A stretch of DNA of 64,000 bases from an uncultured delta proteobacterium (GTDB taxonomy: Bacteria; Myxococcota_A; Polyangia; Polyangiales; Polyangiaceae): NCBI GenBank assembly GCA_963782055.1, contig CAWAIF010000003.1, forward strand, positions 4,320,001 through 4,384,000. The letters run 5' to 3'. Shown here piece by piece: positions 57,931 through 64,000 of the stretch; within the stretch, counting starts at the first letter, position 1, and every line of letters starts with the position of its first letter. The notes beneath the pieces were generated by a model, which saw only the letters and a list, made by a program, of their open reading frames with translations, did no database searches and was not told the DNA's origin. Position numbers and translations under genes: made by a program.

Positions 57931-59278
57931 CGCGCTGAAGCGACGGCTGGACGCCCTCAACGATCAGCTCAAGGAGCTGGTCCGGACGGAGCGCGACCTG
58001 TACGTCTCGCAGCGGGCGCTCGACGAGCAGCTCCGGCGGCTGCGCATGCTGGGCGCCTACTCGGTGGCGGCCAGCGGCGCGTCGCCGTCGGAGACCGTCA
58101 CCCTCGCGCTGGAGCTGCTCATGGGCATCTTCGCGGTGGAGCAGGGCGCGGGCTGGCTCGCCGCGGATGGCGGCGTGCGGCTCGTCGCCGTCCGCGCCCA
58201 GCCGGGGTGCGAGGCGGACAGCGCGCGGCACGTCGGCATGCGCGCCGCCGTCTCCCTCGCCGATCTGGATTTCCGCCCGCAGGTGACGGACAACACCCCC
58301 GCCAGGGGGACGACAGCGTGCCTGATCGATCTCACGGCTCGCGCCTTCGAGGAGGCGGGCGCCGCGCCGCCTCTCGCCTCGCTGGTGCTGCCGCTCGCCG
58401 CTCACGGCGAGGGGATCGCCGGCGCGCTCGTCTTCCAGCGCTTCACCGACCTCTTCATCTTCCACGAGCGGCTCCCCACGACCGCCGACGCCGACTTCCT
58501 CGATCTGGTGGCGCGGCAGGTCTCGGTGGCCATCGCCAACGCGCGCCTGGTCGAGGACCTTCGCCGCAGCTACCACGACCTGGCGCAGGCGCAGCGCGGG
58601 CTGGTGGAGAAGGAGCGCCTCGCCGCGGTGGGCGAGCTCGCCGCGCAGATGGCCCACGAGGTGCGCAACCCCCTCGGCGCCGTCTTCAACTCGCTGGCCC
58701 GGCTGCGCACCGTGCTCCGACCGGAGGGCGAGGCGGACCTCCTGCTCGGCATCATGGAAGAGGAGTCGCGCCGCCTCAACCGCATCGTCGACAACCTGCT
58801 CGCCTTCGCGCGGCCGCGGGCGCCGAGCCTGGCGCCTGTGCGGATCGACGCGGTGGTGCGCGGCGCCCTCGCGCACGCCACTCGCTCGGAGAGCTTACAA
58901 GCGCTGCAGGTGTCGGTCGAGAGCGAGGACATCGGCCCGACGGTGATGGACGCGCACATGATGGAGCAGGCCATCCTCAACCTGCTGCTCAACGCCGCCG
59001 AGGCGATGCGCGGCGGGGGGCTGCTGCGCGTGCGCTCGCTGCGCGAGTCGGTCGCGGGCGCCGACTTCGTGCGGATCGACGTCGCCGACACCGGCGCGGG
59101 CATCTCGGAGGAGGACCGCGCGCGGCTCTACCAGCCCTTCTTCACGACCAAGGCGACCGGCACCGGACTGGGCCTGGCCATCGTCAAGCGGGTGGTCGAT
59201 GCCCACGGAGGCGAGACCTTCTTCGACTCCACGCCGGGGGGCAGCACCTTCTCCATCCGCCTCCCCTTCCAGCCCTAA
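57920..59278 (+). CDS. GAF sensor histidine kinase
   Basis: VAIANARL, AHEVRNPL, NLLLNA, DTGAG, FFTTK, GTGLGL. Confidence 0.92.
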   Translation: MGDDALKRRLDALNDQLKELVRTERDLYVSQRALDEQLRRLRMLGAYSVAASGASPSETVTLALELLMGIFAVEQGAGWLAADGGVRLVAVRAQPGCEADSARHVGMRAAVSLADLDFRPQVTDNTPARGTTACLIDLTARAFEEAGAAPPLASLVLPLAAHGEGIAGALVFQRFTDLFIFHERLPTTADADFLDLVARQVSVAIANARLVEDLRRSYHDLAQAQRGLVEKERLAAVGELAAQMAHEVRNPLGAVFNSLARLRTVLRPEGEADLLLGIMEEESRRLNRIVDNLLAFARPRAPSLAPVRIDAVVRGALAHATRSESLQALQVSVESEDIGPTVMDAHMMEQAILNLLLNAAEAMRGGGLLRVRSLRESVAGADFVRIDVADTGAGISEEDRARLYQPFFTTKATGTGLGLAIVKRVVDAHGGETFFDSTPGGSTFSIRLPFQP

Positions 59279-59401
59279 TCTCGCGCTCGCGGGCCGCCAG
59301 CGGTCGCCGCTGACCCGACCGAGCGTTCGAGGCCCCAGCCCCGGAGAAAATGGGCCTGGGGCCCCCGATCCCCCTTGAAACGGCAGCGCCGCGGAGCAAT
59401 A

Positions 59402-59419
59402 TTATCATACGAATGATAA
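59402..59419. promoter_or_regulatory. Inverted repeat TTATCAT-ACGA-ATGATAA, likely TetR operator
   Basis: Perfect 7-bp arms over the -10 and start of the efflux operon, which ends in tetR; TTGAAA at 59375. Confidence 0.7.
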
Positions 59420-60381
59420 ATAACTCCCGACTGGCCCTGTCCGTGCTCGCCGGCGCCCTCGCCCTGGGGCCCGGGTGCGCCCGGCACACCAAGGTGCCCC
59501 CCGGCTACCAGGGCATCGTGGAGTACGACGAGCGCGTCGTCTCCTTCGAGGTCCCCGGCCGCATCGCGAAGGTGGAGGTCCACCGCGGGGACGTGGTCAA
59601 GGCGGGCAATCCCCTCGCGCAGCTCGACGACACGCTCGAGCGCCGCATCCGCGACGCCCGAGACGCCGAGGCCGACGGCGCCCGCGCCGACGTCGCCCTC
59701 CTCGAGGCGGGCTCGCGCCGCGAGGACATCGGCTCGGCCGCGGCCAACCTGCGCTCCGCGCTCGCCGCCGAGTCGCTCGCCAAGAAGACCTACGAGCGCT
59801 CCCTTAGCCTGTTCAACGACCACGCCATCCCGGAGGCGGAGCTGGATCGCGGCAAGGCGGAGCTGGACCGCGCGAAGGGCGCGCGGCAGGCGCTGGAGGA
59901 CCAGCTCTCCGCCCTGCGTCATGGCGCGCGCCCCGAGCAGATCGCCGCCGCCAAGGCGCGCCTCGCCGCGGCGGAGGCAGGCGTCGCGCTGGAGGACGAG
60001 CGCCTCGCCCGGTACACGCTCGCCGCGCACGAGGGCGGGGCGGTGCTGGACGTCCACGTGGAGCCGGGCGAGCTGGCCGGCGTCGGCACTCCCGCGGCAA
60101 CCCTGGCGGACGTGAACCACCCCTACGCCGACGTGTTCGTCCCCCAGGGCGAGATGGACGGCGTGAAGATCGGCGACGCCGCCACGGTGCACGTCGACGC
60201 GACCAGCGCGCCATTCCACGGCACGGTGGAGTACGTCGCGCACCGCACCGCCTTCACCCCGCGCTTCCTGTTCAGCGAGCAGGAGCGTCCCAACCTGGTC
60301 ATCCGCGTGCGCGTCCGCATCGAGGACCCCACCCAGCGCCTCCACGCGGGCGTCCCCGCCTTCGCCACCATCGCCCGATGA
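59413..60381 (+). CDS. HlyD-family membrane fusion protein
   Basis: VSFEVPGRI..V.V..GD.V..G; coiled coil; FTPR. Confidence 0.9.
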   Translation: MINNSRLALSVLAGALALGPGCARHTKVPPGYQGIVEYDERVVSFEVPGRIAKVEVHRGDVVKAGNPLAQLDDTLERRIRDARDAEADGARADVALLEAGSRREDIGSAAANLRSALAAESLAKKTYERSLSLFNDHAIPEAELDRGKAELDRAKGARQALEDQLSALRHGARPEQIAAAKARLAAAEAGVALEDERLARYTLAAHEGGAVLDVHVEPGELAGVGTPAATLADVNHPYADVFVPQGEMDGVKIGDAATVHVDATSAPFHGTVEYVAHRTAFTPRFLFSEQERPNLVIRVRVRIEDPTQRLHAGVPAFATIAR

Positions 60382-61349
60382 GCCAGCCCGCCGTCGCCGA
60401 GCAGGCCGACACGGGCGAGGAGCCCATCATCCACACCGAGCACCTCTCGAAGAGCTTCGGGGACCTGGTGGCGGTGCGTGACGTGTCGCTGCGCGTGCGG
60501 CGCGGGGAGATCTTCGGCGTGCTGGGCCCAAACGGAGCGGGCAAGTCCACCACCATCCGCATGCTGTGCGGCATCCTCGACCCGAGCGGCGGGCACGGCA
60601 CCGTCGTCGGCTTCGACATCGCCCGCGACGCCGAGCGCATCAAGGAGCGCATCGGCTACATGACCCAGCGCTTCAGCCTCTACGAGGACCTCACGGTGCT
60701 GGAGAACCTGCGCTTCTACGCCGGCATCTACGGCGTCCCGCGCAAGGGGCGCCGCGCCCGGGTCGAGGAGGTGCTCGCCATCAGCGGCCTCGCGCCGCGC
60801 AGGGACCAGCTCTCCGGCACCCTCTCCGGCGGGTGGAAGCAGCGCGTCGCGCTGGCCTCCGCCACCATCCACCGCCCTCCCCTCCTCTTTCTGGACGAGC
60901 CCACCGCCGGCGTCGACCCGGTGAGCCGCCGCGATTTCTGGGAGCAGATCCACCAGCTCGCCGCGCAGGGCACCACGGTGCTCCTCACCACGCACTACAT
61001 GGACGAGGCGGAGCGCTGCCACCGCCTCGCCTTCATCTTCCGCGGCCAGCTCCTGGACGTGGGCACGCCCGACGAGATCGTCGCCCGCCGCAACCTCGCC
61101 GTCGCCGAGCTCGACGTCGACCGCGCGACGGAGGCCGCCACGCTGCTGCGCGCCGACCCGCGCGTGGAGGAGGTGGCGCACTACGGCCACGTGCTGCGCC
61201 TCGCCGCGCGCGACGGCAGGGACCCGATCGCGCTCGCCCGCGAGGTGCTCGGCGAGCACGGCGTCGCGGTGGAGAGCGGCCGCCGCGTGCGCACGACGGT
61301 CGAGGACGCCTTCGTGGCGATGGTCCGCGCCGACGGGAGGGACGCGTGA
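60378..61349 (+). CDS. ABC transporter ATP-binding protein
   Basis: GPNGAGKS, LSGGWKQR, LDEPT. Confidence 0.95.
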   Translation: MSQPAVAEQADTGEEPIIHTEHLSKSFGDLVAVRDVSLRVRRGEIFGVLGPNGAGKSTTIRMLCGILDPSGGHGTVVGFDIARDAERIKERIGYMTQRFSLYEDLTVLENLRFYAGIYGVPRKGRRARVEEVLAISGLAPRRDQLSGTLSGGWKQRVALASATIHRPPLLFLDEPTAGVDPVSRRDFWEQIHQLAAQGTTVLLTTHYMDEAERCHRLAFIFRGQLLDVGTPDEIVARRNLAVAELDVDRATEAATLLRADPRVEEVAHYGHVLRLAARDGRDPIALAREVLGEHGVAVESGRRVRTTVEDAFVAMVRADGRDA

Positions 61350-62473
61350 GCCCGCGTGTCTTCATCATCGCGTGGAAGGAGCTGCTGCAGCTCCGGCGCG
61401 ATCGCATGACCCTCGCGATGATGACGGCGCTGCCCGTCGTGCAGCTGTTGCTCTTCGGCTACGCGATCAACACCGACGTCCGCCACATCCCGACGATCTT
61501 CTTCGACCAGGACCGGAGCGCCGAGTCGCGCGATCTGGAGCAGAGCCTGCTCGCCACCGGCTTCTACGACGAGGTGGGCGCCGTCGAGGGCTACCCCGAG
61601 GTGGAGCGCGCCCTCCGCGCCGGCGACGCGCGCGTGGCGCTCGTGATCCCTCCCCACTACGCCTCCGACCTCACCCGCGGGCGCACCGCGGAGGTCCAGC
61701 TCGTCGTCGACGGCTCCGACCCGCAGATCGTCGCGAGCGCCACCAACACCGCCGCCTCGCTCGTCGCCGCGCGCTCGAGCGAGCTGATGGTCTCGCGCCT
61801 CGCCGCCTCCGGCGTCAAGACCGCCGGGCAGCCCATCTCGCTCGAACCCAACACCTGGTACAACCCCGACCTGCGCACGGCGGTCTTCATCGTGCCCGGC
61901 ATCGTCGGCGTCATCCTGACGATGACCATGGTGATGCTCACCGCCATGGCCATCGCGCGGGAGCGCGAGCGCGGGACGCTCGAGCAGCTCATCGTCTCGC
62001 CCGTGCGCAAGATGGAGCTCGTGGTGGGCAAGATCCTGCCGTACGTCGCCATCGGGTACGTGCAGATGACGCTCATCCTGCTCACCGGGCGGGTCGTCTT
62101 CAACGTGCCGGTGGTCGGCTCGCTGCCGCTGCTCTACGCGCTGGCCTTCCTCTTCATCGCCGCCAACCTCGCCATCGGCCTCTTCTTCTCCACGCTGGCC
62201 AAGACGCAGCAGCAGGCGATGCAGATGTCCTTCTTCTTCCTCTTGCCCAACATCCTGCTCAGCGGGTTCATGTTCCCCTTCGAGGCCATGCCCAAGCCGG
62301 CGCAGTGGCTCTCGCAGGTCCTCCCGCTCACCCACTTCTTGCGCATCGTCCGCGGCATCGTCCTGAAGGGCAGCCACTTCGACGATCTCAGCAAGGAGCT
62401 GCTCTGGCTCAGCGCCATCCTCGTGGGCATCGTGGTGCTCACCTCCAGGCGCTTCACCAAGAAGATCGTCTGA
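61346..62473 (+). CDS. ABC-2 permease (YbhR/S-like)
   Basis: LLFGYAIN.D, ARERERGTLEQL, LLSGFMFP. Confidence 0.95.
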   Translation: MSPRVFIIAWKELLQLRRDRMTLAMMTALPVVQLLLFGYAINTDVRHIPTIFFDQDRSAESRDLEQSLLATGFYDEVGAVEGYPEVERALRAGDARVALVIPPHYASDLTRGRTAEVQLVVDGSDPQIVASATNTAASLVAARSSELMVSRLAASGVKTAGQPISLEPNTWYNPDLRTAVFIVPGIVGVILTMTMVMLTAMAIARERERGTLEQLIVSPVRKMELVVGKILPYVAIGYVQMTLILLTGRVVFNVPVVGSLPLLYALAFLFIAANLAIGLFFSTLAKTQQQAMQMSFFFLLPNILLSGFMFPFEAMPKPAQWLSQVLPLTHFLRIVRGIVLKGSHFDDLSKELLWLSAILVGIVVLTSRRFTKKIV

Positions 62474-63168
62474 TGGCACGCCCCCGCACCGACATCGAGC
62501 CCCGCATCCTGCACGCCGCCCGCGCGGCGTTCCTCCAGAGCGGCGTGGACGGCGCCTCGCTGCGGACCATCGCGCGGGGCGCGGGCACCAGCGTCGGGAT
62601 GATCTACTACTACTTCCGCACCAAGGAGGACCTGTTCGTCGGCGTCGTCGAGGAGGTGTACGGCAAGCTGCTCGGCGAGATGGCGGCCATCCTCCGGGCG
62701 GAGGGCGCCGTCCGCGACAAGCTGCAGAAGGTCTTCGTGCGCGTCGGCGCCGCGAGCGAGGAGGAGATCGCGGTGGTGCGCCTCATCGCGCGCGAGGCGC
62801 TCTCCTCCACCACCCGCTTCGAGCGGCTCTTCGAGCGCTTCCAGCGCGGCCACGTGGCGCTGCTGCTGGGCGCGCTGGCCGAGGGCGTGGCCGCGGGAGA
62901 GGTGGACGAGGCCATCCCCCTTCCCCTCGCCATGTTCGGCGCGCTCGCGATGGGCGCGCTCCCGCAGTTCGCCAAGCGCGTCGCGGGCGACAGGCTCCCC
63001 TTCAGCGTGCTGCCCGGCGGCGAGGCGCTGGCGGCGGCGTCGACCGACGTGCTCTTCCACGGCGTCGCTCCCCGCGCGGACCGCCGCGCGAAGGCCGAGC
63101 CCGCGGGCGCGGCTACGCCACGTGCGCCTCGGCGGCGTCCTCCAGTCCCTGGCGGATCGCGGTCGTGA
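62473..63168 (+). CDS. TetR-family regulator
   Basis: ILHAARAAF...G...SLRTIA..AG.S.GMIYYYF.TKEDL. Confidence 0.92.
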   Translation: MARPRTDIEPRILHAARAAFLQSGVDGASLRTIARGAGTSVGMIYYYFRTKEDLFVGVVEEVYGKLLGEMAAILRAEGAVRDKLQKVFVRVGAASEEEIAVVRLIAREALSSTTRFERLFERFQRGHVALLLGALAEGVAAGEVDEAIPLPLAMFGALAMGALPQFAKRVAGDRLPFSVLPGGEALAAASTDVLFHGVAPRADRRAKAEPAGAATPRAPRRRPPVPGGSRS

Positions 63169-63622
63169 CCCACACGTAGGTCACGGCCCACCCGTGCGCG
63201 GTGTCCACCGTCCAGTTCGGCCCCTCGAGCTCGCGCAGCGCGGCGAGCAGCGCCCGGCCGATCGCGTCGAACGACTCCGCGCTCGTGCCGCGCGCGAAGC
63301 CTCGCTGCGCCATGTGCTCGAGGAGCGGGAACAGGTGCTGCGGCGAGCACAGGTTGGCCATCACGAACCCCACGAAGGACAGCGCGATCTGCCGCTGGTC
63401 GGCGTCGTCCCGCGGGAAGCGGGAGCGCAGCGCGGGCGCCGCGTCGAAGACGTACTCGTAGAAGGCGATCGCCCCCGCGCGCAGGCGGTCCTCGAGTCGC
63501 GCGTACGACGCCAGGACGAGCGAGACGGCGTCCTCGGGGAGTGGATGTGTGCGGAGGCGCACCTCCGAGGTGGCCGGAGCAGGGACGGCGGACTGCATGA
63601 CCTCGAGCGTTGCAGCGACCAT
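63113..63622 (-). CDS. Single-domain globin-like protein, proximal His apparently missing
   Basis: FYEYVF..AP.LR..F, F..IG.ALL..L, WT.....W...Y. Confidence 0.75.
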   Translation of the reverse strand: MVAATLEVMQSAVPAPATSEVRLRTHPLPEDAVSLVLASYARLEDRLRAGAIAFYEYVFDAAPALRSRFPRDDADQRQIALSFVGFVMANLCSPQHLFPLLEHMAQRGFARGTSAESFDAIGRALLAALRELEGPNWTVDTAHGWAVTYVWVTTAIRQGLEDAAEAHVA

Positions 63623-63735
63623 GCCGCCCTGCCGCGACGCTCAACCGCGCGAGATCGCGCCGGCGAGGCCCGCGGCATGCGCGCATGCCCGCCGCCGCCC
63701 GCAGCGCGTGCGGGCGGACGCGCAACAAGGCATCC

Positions 63736-64000
63736 TCACTGCGGTGTCCACGTGGGATGCGCGAGGAAGAGGCCGTCGACGAAGCCCAGCCTGTAGAACA
63801 GGAACAAGCCGAAGCCGAGGCTGAGCACGCCGGTGAGCGTGGCCATCGTCCGCGGCAGGGTGCGCAGGCGCCGTGCGGCGAGGGCGAGCGGCGCGAACAT
63901 CGCCACCGTCAGGCCCATCATCCCCACCACGGTGCCCAGGCCGAACACCGCCAGAAAGAGGAACGCCGCGCGCGAGTCGCGCACCGTGGTGAGGACCAGC
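63736..64000 (-). CDS. High-affinity Ni/Co transporter-like (HupN/UreH-type) C-terminus, partial
   Basis: LAVFGLGTVVGM; GVLSLGFGL; GLF...PTWTPQ. Confidence 0.7.
   Translation of the reverse strand, partial: LVLTTVRDSRAAFLFLAVFGLGTVVGMMGLTVAMFAPLALAARRLRTLPRTMATLTGVLSLGFGLFLFYRLGFVDGLFLAHPTWTPQ

Overview
Very GC-rich bacterial DNA. The gene content (PEGA/TPR protein beside a Ser/Thr kinase, Cys-rich and vWA lipoproteins, a kinase-AAA-TPR protein, an ArsA-like ATPase pair) suggests Myxococcota, probably Polyangiales-like; this is an inference. Bases 1 to ~14.9 kb are a decaying integrative or prophage-like island. It holds a Com-like Zn-finger gene divergent from an intact three-gene operon (XRE-HTH/coiled-coil/TM protein, YfjP/YeeP-like GTPase, 63-aa amphipathic peptide), which is the best candidate for an undescribed, possibly antiphage, system. 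It also holds an operon of unknown genes behind a near-consensus myxobacterial LexA box, an IS21 remnant cutting into yhcG, two broken serine recombinases, a Fic gene, a double GNRA-hairpin RNA element and several gene fragments. From ~15 kb to 64 kb the genes look chromosomal: lipoproteins, an orphan immunity protein, kinases, a three-gene DabA/DabB/NuoM-like inorganic-carbon transporter, an M15 peptidase, an ECF42 sigma factor with YciI genes, menA/nemA, a FIST-histidine kinase pair and a TetR-regulated ABC exporter. At least 11 genes have a TAnnnT hexamer 5-7 nt before the start codon, suggesting leaderless mRNAs. I saw no rRNA, tRNA or CRISPR array. All family assignments come from motif recognition by eye, not database searches.
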